From assembly GCA_963730925.1 (NCBI GenBank), contig CAVSTS010000008.1, forward strand, positions 121,457-185,456: a stretch of DNA of 64,000 bases, written 5' to 3'. Made by a program: the position numbers and the translations under genes. A model generated the notes under the pieces. That model saw only the letters and a list, made by a program, of their open reading frames with translations. It had not been told where the DNA came from and did no database searches. Below are positions 49,211 to 57,972 of this stretch, one piece after another (the stretch's first letter is position 1; each line of letters begins with the position of its first letter). This DNA comes from an uncultured Alphaproteobacteria bacterium (lineage in GTDB: Bacteria; Pseudomonadota; Alphaproteobacteria; Sphingomonadales; Sphingomonadaceae).

Positions 49211-49432
49211 AACAGGGAATTTCGGCGGATTCGACGGGAAAAACAGGCCCTCATTGGACCAGTCGCCTGATCCGGCCCTCCCCGAAGAACACTTTTTCGC
49301 CAGTTTGGGGCCGCGATCGCACTTTCCTGTTCTTCGCCAGAACAGGCATTCAAATCGACGTAACAGGGAGTTTACAACCTGTTTCGGAGGCGTTTGATCG
49401 CCGATAACAGGTAAAGCCTCGATCAAAGCAGG
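49211..49432. repeat. Cluster of seven exact AACAGG/CCTGTT hexamers plus one near copy, including two inverted pairs
   Basis: AACAGG at 49211, 49242, 49341, 49362 and 49406. CCTGTT at 49326 and 49378. AGCAGG at 49427. Inverted pairs span 49326-49346 and 49362-49383. Confidence 0.7.
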
Positions 49433-49435
49433 TAA

Positions 49436-49891
49436 CGGCCCCCTTTCGCTATCCTCCTCAACCTCTGCATCTGGAACAAGAGCAATGCGGGGATGGGCTC
49501 GCTCTATCGTTCCAAGCACGAGCTTGTGTTCGTTTACCGGGTTGGCTCGTCGCCCCACTTGAATGCCGTCGAACTGGGTAAGCACGGCCGCAATCGCACA
49601 AATGTTTGGGACTATGCGTCGGTTAACTCGATGGCCGGTAGCCGCCGCGAAGACCTTGCGCTCCATCCGACCGTCAAGCCGGTCTCCTTGGTTGCGGACG
49701 CCATCCAGGACGTCACCCGACGAGGTGATCTCGTCTTCGACATGTTCAGCGGGTCGGGGACCACGCTGATCGCAGCAGAGCGCACCGGCCGACACTTCCG
49801 CGGATGCGACATCGATCCGGTGTACGTCGACGTTGCTGTGGAGCGCTGGTCGCAGCTGACCGGCGGCACCCCCGTCGTGGAACGAGCATGA
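49436..49891 (+). pseudogene. 5'-truncated N4/N6 DNA methyltransferase (phage ParB-methylase type), C-terminal part only
   Basis: Open frame begins right after a TAA with ..NLCIWNKSNAGMGSLYRSKHELVFVY.., then HPTVKP and FSGSGTT motifs. The N-terminal SAM/DPPY part is absent. Confidence 0.7.
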
Positions 49892-50541
49892 GCGGACGTT
49901 GGGCCAAGGGCCAAAGCGGCAATCCTGCGGGGCGACCGAAGAAGCGGCGCCCGCATGTGTCGGCGTTCGACATCATCTTCGACCAGAGCCTCACCGTCGC
50001 GCAGAACGGTGTTCAGCGTGAGCTCACTGTCGAAGAAGTGCTTCAGCTCAAGACCTATCAGGCTGCGCTCAAGGGGAGCAAAATGGCGATCCGCGCCGTC
50101 CTCAAGATGATCCAAAAGCGGGAGGTCGCGCTCGCTAAGTGCGCGCCCGCCCCCGTTCACAAGCCGATGGACTTTCGTTGGGAGCACGATCCACGCAATG
50201 CTGACGCGGCAATGCTGCTGTTTGGTACTACCGTTCCCGACCCAAGCTGGTCAGGCCCGTGCCAATACAGAACGCGGATGAAACTCGCGACTTGGGCCAC
50301 GCAGACGGCTCTTAGTCGGCCGGGAAGAAAGTCACTCGAGCCGAAGCAAATTGAGGACATCGAACGGGCCACCTTCACCCCCAGAACCTCAAGTGGCCGA
50401 GGGGTGGTCAGAGATGAGCGAGAGCCCGCAATCCGAAGAGGTTGGTTACGGCAAACCGCCTGCCGCCACACGGTTCAAGAAAGGCCAGAGCGGCAATCCG
50501 AAGGGGCGGCCCAAGGGTCGACGCCGAGACACTCCTTATGA
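49888..50541 (+). CDS. DUF5681-type phage-associated protein
   Basis: N-terminal KGQSGNPAGRPKK signature. ATG overlaps the methylase stop. The C-terminal end is uncertain because it overlaps the next gene by 128 nt. Confidence 0.55.
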   Translation: MSGRWAKGQSGNPAGRPKKRRPHVSAFDIIFDQSLTVAQNGVQRELTVEEVLQLKTYQAALKGSKMAIRAVLKMIQKREVALAKCAPAPVHKPMDFRWEHDPRNADAAMLLFGTTVPDPSWSGPCQYRTRMKLATWATQTALSRPGRKSLEPKQIEDIERATFTPRTSSGRGVVRDEREPAIRRGWLRQTACRHTVQERPERQSEGAAQGSTPRHSL

Positions 50542-51127
50542 TCACCTTCTTGGACAGAGGGTCGCGTCCGGGAAGGCGGGAGCGAGGGCAGGGTCACTGC
50601 ACCTGAAGCCTTTCTTTTGCACATCACGAAGCGGGATGGAGGGGGATAGCTCGAGTGCTCGTGCGTCACTTGCGGCGATAGAAGAGGCGCGGAGCAGGCG
50701 GCCGACCTTTGAAACTCAGAACTTCACGCTCGTCTGGAAAAGCGTGAGTCCTGGCGGCGTCGGGTGTGCCCTGGATGCGCTCAGGATGGCACACAAGCTG
50801 CATCGGCATTCAGAGCAAGCTCGTTATCAACTTAATCCTTGGATCGTTGAAGCTGCACTCGCGCGGCTTGGCTCCCGACAGCTTTCAGTCGAAGAGCAGC
50901 GAACTGTCGTTGAGGCCACACGCACCGGAGAAGGTGAATTGGCCCGACTGGTGGAATGTCGATCAAGACCGGGATTAATGTCTGCTTTCGACCCATTCCG
51001 GACATTCCGCGCGGAGGTTGCCCTGCAACGGCCCACTCCAAGGCTGGATCAGAACGCGCGAGGTCTGACCTCCATGCCGAGTTGCGATGTTCTGGGGCGG
51101 GGCCTCGCCAGTCGCGGTAACGGCTAA
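50414..51127 (+). pseudogene. Second DUF5681-type gene, probably decayed
   Basis: VGYGKPPAATRFKKGQSGNPKGRPKG signature. Between about 50545 and 50640 the protein-like sequence (RVREGGSEGRVTAPEAFLLHITKR) lies in another frame. The 3' end runs through hairpin R2. Confidence 0.5.
50978..51005 (+). repeat. 28-nt hairpin element, copy R2
   Basis: ATGTCTGC TTTCGACCCATT CCGGACAT. Confidence 0.7.
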
Positions 51128-51256
51128 GCGTCGCTGTAGTTGAGCGCGCCACCATGGAACGCAAGGCGCCCAGACCACGTTACTTCCTTCCTGATTTCGG
51201 CATCCGCATCCGATTGGAATTGTAAGTTGCCTCGCGAGAAAAGGTCGGAACGGCGG

Positions 51257-52798
51257 ATGGAAGCGGCGCTGTACGAGCGTCTCGTCCAGTCGGTCGTGGA
51301 TTATGCCATCTTCATGCTTGACGAACAGGGGCATGTGTCAAGCTGGAATCCTGGCGCGGAGCGCATCAAGGGATACAGCGCGGATGAAATCCTCGGGGAG
51401 CATTTTTCCCGCTTCTACACCCCAGAGGATCTAAAGAGGGACATTCCGGGCAAGGCACTGGAAACGGCAAGACGGGAAGGTCGCTTTACAGCCGAAGGGT
51501 GGCGGATGCGGAAGGACGGCACCCGCTTCTGGGCTAGTGTCGTCATTGATCCGGTGATCGAGAACGAGAAGGTTATCGGTTTCGCCAAGGTCACTCGGGA
51601 TCTCACGGAACGTCGGGAGTTGCAGCTCGAGCTAGAGCGTTCACAAGAGGCGTTGTTCCAATCCCAGAAGATGGAAGCGGTTGGTCAGCTGACGGGCGGA
51701 ATCGCGCACGACTTCAACAATCTACTGACGGGAATCACTGGAAGCTTAGACATGCTGAAGGTGCGCCTTGCCCAGGGTAGGGTCAATGAGCTCGAGCGGT
51801 ACATCGTGGCGGCACAGGGCGCTTCAGGGCGTGCCGCCACCCTGACGCACCGTCTGCTCGCTTTTGCGCGTCGCCAGACGCTCCAACCCAAGGCGGTGAA
51901 CGTCAACACGCTGGTGAGCGGCATGGAAGAGCTCATTCGCCGGACGATCGGCCCCAATCTAAGGATGGAAACCGTACTCGCGGGCGGTCTGTGGAACTGT
52001 CTATGCGATCCCAACCAGCTCGAAAATGCGATCTTGAACCTGTGCATCAACGCTCGTGACGCGATGCCTAATGGTGGCACGCTCACCGTCGAGACCGCCA
52101 ATACCTGGCTTGACGATGCAGCCGCCAAGGAGCGTGACATGGAGCGCGGTCAATATGTCGCGGTCTGCGTGAGTGACACCGGCGCTGGAATGTCCCCAGA
52201 GGTGGCCGCGCGTGCGTTCGATCCATTTTTCACGACCAAAGCGGCTGGACAGGGCACCGGCCTGGGGCTGTCTATGGTCTATGGCTTCGCCAAGCAGTCC
52301 GACGGGCAGGTTCGAATCTATTCGGAGTCCGGTCAGGGAACGACGATAAAAATCTATTTGCCGCGTCACACCGGCAAGACGAAAGGGCAGGAAATCGAGA
52401 CAGAGCCAACGGAGAGACCTCGGACTGAGCTCGGCGAGACCGTTCTCGTGGTGGACGACGAGCCGACCATCCGGATGCTGATTGGCGACACCCTTGCCGA
52501 ACTTGGCTACCGAGCGATTGAGGTGGCAGATGCCGAGTCCGGTCTCAAAGTGCTTGATTCCGACGTCAACATCGATCTCCTGATCACTGATGTGGGGCTG
52601 CCCAGCGGCATGAGCGGAAAGGAGATGGTCGACACTGCGCGCGTGAAGCGGCCAAAACTCAAGGTGCTCTTCATCACGGGCTATGCCGAGAATGCCGCTA
52701 TCACCAATGGCCACCTTGAGCCGGGAATGGAGGTGATGAGCAAGCCCTTTTCGATGGACAAGCTTGCTGCCCGGATCCGCTCGATCATCGAGCACTGA
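51257..52798 (+). CDS. PAS domain hybrid sensor histidine kinase / response regulator
   Basis: PAS (FMLDEQGHVSSWNPGAERIKGY), H-box HDFNNLL, N-box NLCINARDAM, G-boxes DTGAGM and GTGLGLS, and a REC domain (VLVVDDEP, LLITDV, SKPF). Confidence 0.88.
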   Translation: MEAALYERLVQSVVDYAIFMLDEQGHVSSWNPGAERIKGYSADEILGEHFSRFYTPEDLKRDIPGKALETARREGRFTAEGWRMRKDGTRFWASVVIDPVIENEKVIGFAKVTRDLTERRELQLELERSQEALFQSQKMEAVGQLTGGIAHDFNNLLTGITGSLDMLKVRLAQGRVNELERYIVAAQGASGRAATLTHRLLAFARRQTLQPKAVNVNTLVSGMEELIRRTIGPNLRMETVLAGGLWNCLCDPNQLENAILNLCINARDAMPNGGTLTVETANTWLDDAAAKERDMERGQYVAVCVSDTGAGMSPEVAARAFDPFFTTKAAGQGTGLGLSMVYGFAKQSDGQVRIYSESGQGTTIKIYLPRHTGKTKGQEIETEPTERPRTELGETVLVVDDEPTIRMLIGDTLAELGYRAIEVADAESGLKVLDSDVNIDLLITDVGLPSGMSGKEMVDTARVKRPKLKVLFITGYAENAAITNGHLEPGMEVMSKPFSMDKLAARIRSIIEH

Positions 52799-53026
52799 TC
52801 TTCGCGCAATTGAGAGCGCATGACGAAGCGGTCGCAGGCGGCGTTGTGCATTTGATGGAGGTCACAAGGGGTCGGTTCCGAGAATTCGGAGCCAAATTCC
52901 GGATGTTCCCACATATGCCCGCGTAGCTCGGAAAAACCTAGCGCGCATGGTATGCATCTTCGGCAGGCGGGGAACTCGGGGCTTTCATTAGGGTAAGACT
53001 TTGACGAAGCCACCAGGGAGAATGCC

Positions 53027-53476
53027 ATGAGGAAGTTGCTTCTCATCAGCCTAACCGCGCTTCTCGTAAGCTCCGCCGCGCAGGCGCAGATGAATTCGAA
53101 GGACCTCAAATGGGGACCGGCGCCGCCCGGGCTTCCTGCGGGTGCCCAAGCTACGGTGCTTTCGGGCGATCCCGGCAAGGAGGGCATGTTCACCATTCGC
53201 CTCAAGTTTCCGGCGAACTACACAGTCCCGCCGCACCATCACCCGACGGACGAACTGGTGACCGTGATCGACGGCCAGGGTTCGTTCGGCATGGGCGACA
53301 CGCTCGACAAAGCCAAGGCTAAGAGGCTGGATGCGAACGGCTATGTCGCGATGCCCGCGAACATGAACCATTATGCGTTTACAGACAGCAGCGGAGCGAC
53401 GGTTCAGATCACGGCGCAGGGGCCGTTCCAGATTGTGTACGTCAATCCGAAGGACGATCCGCGCGCGACGAAGTAG
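53027..53476 (+). CDS. Secreted cupin domain protein
   Basis: Signal peptide ending AQAQ, PPHHHPTDELVTVIDG cupin motif, and an AGGGAG RBS. Confidence 0.7.
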   Translation: MRKLLLISLTALLVSSAAQAQMNSKDLKWGPAPPGLPAGAQATVLSGDPGKEGMFTIRLKFPANYTVPPHHHPTDELVTVIDGQGSFGMGDTLDKAKAKRLDANGYVAMPANMNHYAFTDSSGATVQITAQGPFQIVYVNPKDDPRATK

Positions 53477-53552
53477 CGACCCAAACATGCGGCGGGACGG
53501 ACAACAGTCCTCGCGTAGAAATCAGCAAGGTCACGGGCCTGACGAGCCGCCA

Positions 53553-53580
53553 ACGTCCGCTTTCCACCCAAGGCGAGGCT
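53553..53580 (+). repeat. 28-nt hairpin element, copy R3 (right arm degenerate)
   Basis: ACGTCCGC TTTCCACCCAAG GCGAGGCT. Confidence 0.55.
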
Positions 53581-53646
53581 GGCGGTCAAGTCTGCAAGGT
53601 CACGTCTGCTCCGTCCGGAACGCGGCTTGGATTACACGCCCTTCCA

Positions 53647-53675
53647 ATGTCCGCTTTCCGACCCAAAGCGGACAT
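53647..53675 (+). repeat. Hairpin element, copy R4 (29 nt)
   Basis: ATGTCCGC TTTCCGACCCAAA GCGGACAT with perfect 8-bp arms. Confidence 0.75.
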
Positions 53676-53754
53676 CCGCCGCCGAGAAGCGGGGCCGTGG
53701 ATTCGTCGCAGCCGCGGAAGGGTGCTACCTGCCGCCCTTCAAATGGGGAGAACG

Positions 53755-54171
53755 ATGATGCGGAAGATCATTCTCGTCGCGGGGATTGCGGCGCTTGCTG
53801 CATGCTCCAAGCAGGCCGCGCAAACCGACGACAGCAACCTGACAACGGGCAATGACGTCATCGCAACTCCGATCCCAGCCGCGTCGCCGATCAATGAAAC
53901 GACTTGGGAGTTCACCCAAAAGGGCAAGCCGATGCAGGAATCCATCGACGCCAACGGCAATTACATCACCACCTCCGGCGCCGAACACATCGACCACGGC
54001 ACGGTAGTGATGAAGGACGGCAAGGCCTGCTTCACCAGCGCTATGACGAAGGAGGGGGAGGAGTGTTGGACCGACCCACAGCTTGAAATCGGCCAGTCGG
54101 GCGAAACCGTGAACGACAAAGGCGAAAAATTGGCCCTCAAGCGCGTGGCCTACGTCCCAAAAACGATTTAG
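53755..54171 (+). CDS. Lipoprotein, function unknown
   Basis: GGGGAG RBS, MMRKIILVAGIAALAACS lipobox, 138 aa. Confidence 0.65.
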   Translation: MMRKIILVAGIAALAACSKQAAQTDDSNLTTGNDVIATPIPAASPINETTWEFTQKGKPMQESIDANGNYITTSGAEHIDHGTVVMKDGKACFTSAMTKEGEECWTDPQLEIGQSGETVNDKGEKLALKRVAYVPKTI

Positions 54172-54686
54172 CCGCGTCGAACGACGAGAAACCGGCGCGT
54201 AGATCACACTGCCTTACGAGCGGCCGAGTATCTGCCCGAGGAAAGCGGCAAGTCCGAGAAGGACACGATCTCCGAACTTCTCGGCATTCTCGATAATCGG
54301 GAGCTGCGCAAGATCCAGAAAACCATCAGAGCCAAGCCGGCGCTGTTTGCCCCCTGAAATGCCGCGCAGACCAACTCTCAAAGACCGGCTCGACGAACCG
54401 ACACTTCGGAGGCTCTACGAGAATGGGCTTTCAACAGGGCAGATCCGCGCCGCTCGCGAAGTGGCGGGAAGACATAGAATGGCCCAGCCAGGGGATAACC
54501 GACCGGGCCGCCGCCTCTCCGCTCTCGCAACGACTCACCAGCGCTTCGGGGGCGTGATGGCGAGTCGCAAAATCTCTATATCTCAACGTGCTAGCTCACG
54601 GAACGGGGGGCTTGGTGATCTGTTAGAGCGGTCATGACTTCCGATCCCGCTGGTCGCAACAGCCACGAAATGCCCGTCGACTAGCT

Positions 54687-54948
54687 TTGAAGGCTGAGGT
54701 CGGGATTTCGGCGGGCCGGGGGTACTCCCTTATCGCGTCCGCATCTTCGATGCCTCGCCTGAAGGTTGCAAAATCGAGTTCATTGAACGACCAGCGGTCG
54801 GGGAGCGCGTTTGGGTTAAGTTCGATGGCCTCGAAGCGCTTGAAGGCACGGTCCGCTGGGTGGACGGACACATGGGCGGAGTGTTTTCAGTCGCCCGTTG
54901 CACGAGGCCGTATTTCAGCGGCTCGCTCCAGCATCGAAGGAACTATAA
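54687..54948 (+). pseudogene. Decayed PilZ domain gene
   Basis: PilZ-like CKIEFIERPAVGERVWVKFDGLEALEGTVRWVDGHMGGVF in one frame. The expected C-terminus SRPLHEAVFQRLAPASKEL-stop lies in another frame (shift near 54880-54885). The N-terminus is also out of frame. Confidence 0.5.
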
Positions 54949-55518
54949 CGTACGTTTTCCGCACACTGCGGACATCACGAGGCCGAACGTGACAAAGATT
55001 ATTCTGTTGGCAACAGATCAAGAGCCCGAGGGCGGCAAGTGGCTTCTTATTCAGTGGCACCCGAGCGCTGACATGCGCATGGAGCAAAGCGGCGCGCGAA
55101 GAACGCAATACGTTCCCGACCACCTTTGGAACTTGTGGCAAAAACGAGGGCCAGCTCTCGCGCGCCAATTCGGCCTGGATCGGGTATATTATCGGGGCCG
55201 TCATCATCATGCCTAAGGTCCGAGTGGAGAGAAGCGCCCCGCCGATGCGGTTTGAGGCATGGCGTTAGGATCGGCTGTTACGTCTGCGGCGTCTCGCACG
55301 ATCATCGTACGACGAGATGGCTATAGCGCCCGCCTCTTGAACCGGCGCTCAACGACCCGGTTGCCGATTACGCGTCCTCAAGCTCCGGAACGACGCGGAC
55401 TCGGAACACGGACAGCAAGGTGTTCTTCAGGCGCGCGCAGTGCCAATTCCGCCTTTCGAGGAACCGTTTCTATATGGCCATTGCCAGTGTGCGAACCAGA
55501 CGTCGTCGCAACAGCTGA

Positions 55519-55546
55519 ATGTCTACTTTCGACCCATTGCGGACGC
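55519..55546 (+). repeat. 28-nt hairpin element, copy R5 (degenerate arms)
   Basis: ATGTCTAC TTTCGACCCATT GCGGACGC. Confidence 0.6.
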
Positions 55547-55665
55547 CGCAAGAGCGCGGGATCGACTGCCGACATTTGGACAAAAATCGTTTGACTGTCA
55601 TAGGTTAGAGGCGCAGCTTCTCCGTCCGGCGCGAGCGGCATTAGCGCCGAAGCAGGGGATAGCTC

Positions 55666-56097
55666 ATGAAACACCTGATCAAATACGCGGCCTCCGCGGC
55701 CGCGGGTGCAATCGCGGCTGTATCGATCGTCTATGCGCAGGCTCCAGTGGCTCCGCCGCCGCGCGCGATCGTCTCGCTCTACTATGCCGCGCCAGGACAT
55801 CAGGAAGCACTGCTCCGCTGGTTCGCCGACCAGGACCGGGTCGCTCAGTCTGCGGGTGTGGCTCCGATGCAGCTCTATATCCACACAGACGGGGACAGCT
55901 GGGACTTCATGGGCATCAACCCCGTCACCACTGATGCGCAAGATCAGGCGATGGACGCCGCGGCGAAAAAGCTTGGCCTGCAGTCTGGCCCGCGAGTGGC
56001 CCTGGAGTTGCGTAAACATATCGCGAGCCACACCGACACGTTCACGGTGGGGCCGATTAGCGCCGCACAGGCGCTCGAGCGGCTGGGTCGACAGTAA
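55666..56097 (+). CDS. Secreted hypothetical protein (143 aa)
   Basis: Signal peptide ending VYAQA. Coding-like composition. No recognised motif. Confidence 0.55.
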   Translation: MKHLIKYAASAAAGAIAAVSIVYAQAPVAPPPRAIVSLYYAAPGHQEALLRWFADQDRVAQSAGVAPMQLYIHTDGDSWDFMGINPVTTDAQDQAMDAAAKKLGLQSGPRVALELRKHIASHTDTFTVGPISAAQALERLGRQ

Positions 56098-56227
56098 GTA
56101 AGAGACGAGTCGCCCTCGCCTGGTCGCCGGGCGTGCTTCGCCAAAATCGTTGGAGCTGTGCGGCCCGGCCTCGCGTGAGCAGGCAAGGCACCTTCATGAC
56201 CGCGACTCTGTCGCGGTGTCTCTCGCC

Positions 56228-56255
56228 AATGTCCGCTTTCCACCCATTGCGGACA
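56228..56255 (+). repeat. 28-nt hairpin element, copy R6
   Basis: ATGTCCGC TTTCCACCCATT GCGGACAT with perfect arms. Confidence 0.8.
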
Positions 56256-56306
56256 TTAGACCGAGCTTCCCCCCTCCTATATACTAATAGCCAGCGTGGA
56301 GGCGGT

Positions 56307-56504
56307 ATGGACAAGACGGAGGCGCAAGCGGAGCGCGCCAGGTTACAGAAATTACTGGATGCTTACGAGGCGGGCCGCCTGATCCATCAAGACGAGGATG
56401 AGCGAGGCGAGTTAACGCGGGACGTGACGCCTGATCGAGCTGGCAACGTCCGCGCTAGAATCGCGCGCCTCGACCAAGTTATAGCCGAGATCAACGATGC
56501 CTAA
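56307..56504 (+). CDS. Small coiled-coil hypothetical protein (65 aa)
   Basis: ATG preceded by GGAGG. Begins MDKTEAQAERARLQKLLDAYEAG. Confidence 0.45.
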   Translation: MDKTEAQAERARLQKLLDAYEAGRLIHQDEDERGELTRDVTPDRAGNVRARIARLDQVIAEINDA

Positions 56505-56635
56505 CAATACGCGGGGGTTGCCCAGCCCATGCGATTGGCCGCGTCTGGTTTCCACGCATTCTTGCGGGCGAAATGCCGGCTTCAGCGAGAGCTTCGGCGA
56601 GGCGGTTATGCGCGTGGTAGTCTCGGCCTGGACCT

Positions 56636-56815
56636 TCAGGAATCCGGGTCGCCGCCACTCTGCTCGATCATCAATTCCACCCGCTCCAGATGCTCTTTGA
56701 ACTCTCCAGCCTCGCGGAAATCACCCCGACGTTCTGCCTCTTCCATAAACGCGATACAGTCGCGTTTCATGCGACGGAGGTTGTTCAGAAATTCTTCCCT
56801 CGTCGGCGGGGACAT
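56636..56815 (-). CDS. Small hypothetical protein (59 aa), below the cutoff of the supplied ORF track
   Basis: ATG preceded by GGAG. MSPPTREEFLNNLRRMKRDCIAFMEEAERRGDFREAGEFKEHLERVELMIEQSGGDPDS. Confidence 0.4.
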   Translation of the reverse strand: MSPPTREEFLNNLRRMKRDCIAFMEEAERRGDFREAGEFKEHLERVELMIEQSGGDPDS

Positions 56816-56969
56816 GCGAACTCCATGCGTACGCTAGGCGAAGAGAGGCCGCTTCAGAAGGCAGAGTCAATTGTCACAAACTCAAATTGAGATAGCCCAG
56901 AGAAGGGTCTGCTTTCCAATCAAAGGCGAACTGAGGCTCAAGCGAGTGGATCGGCGGCCCCACTATATC

Positions 56970-57194
56970 TCACCAAAGCGGTGTGACCGGACGATGCCTC
57001 TCTCTCGCCTGATCGACGTTCATGATCTTTGATTTGGCCTCTTGCCTGACGATATCAGCGCCGCTTGCGCTGCTGCAGACCAAGCGAACGCCTCCCCCCG
57101 GTAGGGGTTCGATTGCGGACACGGTGACCTTCTGCGCAGCGCAAAGGTCGAGGACTTCCCGTTCGCTCATTGCGAGCTGCATTGCCCTACTCAC
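56970..57194 (-). CDS. Small hypothetical protein (74 aa)
   Basis: Its start overlaps the stop of the upstream small gene by 1 nt. Contains MSEREVLDLCAAQKVTVSAIEPLPGGGVRLVC. Confidence 0.5.
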   Translation of the reverse strand: MSRAMQLAMSEREVLDLCAAQKVTVSAIEPLPGGGVRLVCSSASGADIVRQEAKSKIMNVDQARERHRPVTPLW

Positions 57195-57391
57195 TAGCAG
57201 GACCGGCCTTCAGCCGCTTTTCTTGCAGCATCTTCGACTCGATAGGTTTGAGTCCTGCGCACCCGATCCGCCATGTTGTCCCATGCAGAGGCGGCGCTCA
57301 GGCAACGCTCGCGCACGTTCACCAAGCGGGTGCCGTCAGCTTCTTCGCGGCACTGAGCCGCGCGTTCATTGTAAAAGTCTAACGTCGACAT
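57194..57391 (-). CDS. Small hypothetical protein (65 aa)
   Basis: MSTLDFYNERAAQCREEADGTRLVNVRERCLSAASAWDNMADR. First gene of a two-gene small operon. Confidence 0.5.
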   Translation of the reverse strand: MSTLDFYNERAAQCREEADGTRLVNVRERCLSAASAWDNMADRVRRTQTYRVEDAARKAAEGRSC

Positions 57392-57455
57392 ACGGAGCTA
57401 TCCTTTGATGCGGTGCCCAAGCTCCGCGACACTCGCGGAGCCCGGACCCGGGTGT

Positions 57456-57662
57456 TTAGGCGTTCTGCAGGTTCACCGCGCTGGCGCGGCCCCGCTTGTC
57501 GTTCTCCAGCTCGTAGGTGACACGCTGCTCGCGATCGAGCGTGCGCATGCCCGATGCTTCGACAGCGCTGATGTGCACGAACGCATCGCTGCTCCCGTCC
57601 TCAGGCTGAATGAAGCCGTACCCTTTGTCGTTGTTGAAGAACTTGACGGTTCCGGTGATCAT
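57456..57662 (-). CDS. cspA: Cold-shock protein, CspA family
   Basis: 68 aa with RNP1 KGYGFI and RNP2 AFVHIS. The upstream part of the 288-aa ORF is spurious. Confidence 0.9.
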   Translation of the reverse strand: MITGTVKFFNNDKGYGFIQPEDGSSDAFVHISAVEASGMRTLDREQRVTYELENDKRGRASAVNLQNA

Positions 57663-57862
57663 TTTGACAGTTGCTTCCGTGGCGACCGCCAATCGGCCCA
57701 CCATTGCTATGAGAGGCGAGAGAAGGAAAAGGAGCCGCAAAGCACCGTAAACCGTCCGAATGCGACTAGTAGCAACCCCTAAATCGAGCCTGTCACCGCA
57801 CTTAACAATGCGGACCCGACTTGACCTTACCTCCGAAGCACTAACTACCGTGGCTAGGGCGA

Positions 57863-57890
57863 ATGTCCGCTTTCCACCCATTGCGGACCT
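57863..57890 (+). repeat. 28-nt hairpin element, copy R7
   Basis: ATGTCCGC TTTCCACCCATT GCGGACCT. Confidence 0.75.
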
Positions 57891-57972
57891 TGGGTCGCGC
57901 TGCCACCCTATGCCGATGGAGCTCGCGGCTGGTGCAGAAGCCGGTTGAGACCAGCCTTGAGGGGACCGTGGG

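Noticed and set aside
49326-49346. SOS/LexA box in CCTGTTCTTCGCCAGAACAGG
   Set aside because: It contains GTTC-N7-GAAC and CTGT-N11-ACAG. Neither matches the alphaproteobacterial direct-repeat GTTC-N7-GTTC box or the CTGT-N8-ACAG box.
48641-49795. 384-aa minus-strand ORF spanning GH16, the AACAGG junction and the methylase fragment
   Set aside because: It crosses three unrelated segments, including non-coding repeats. Its composition looks like out-of-frame translation, and the sense-strand genes are well supported.
52681-53205. 174-aa minus-strand ORF between the kinase and the cupin gene
   Set aside because: It overlaps the 3' end of the kinase and the 5' end of the cupin gene. It has no RBS, no motifs and an odd composition.
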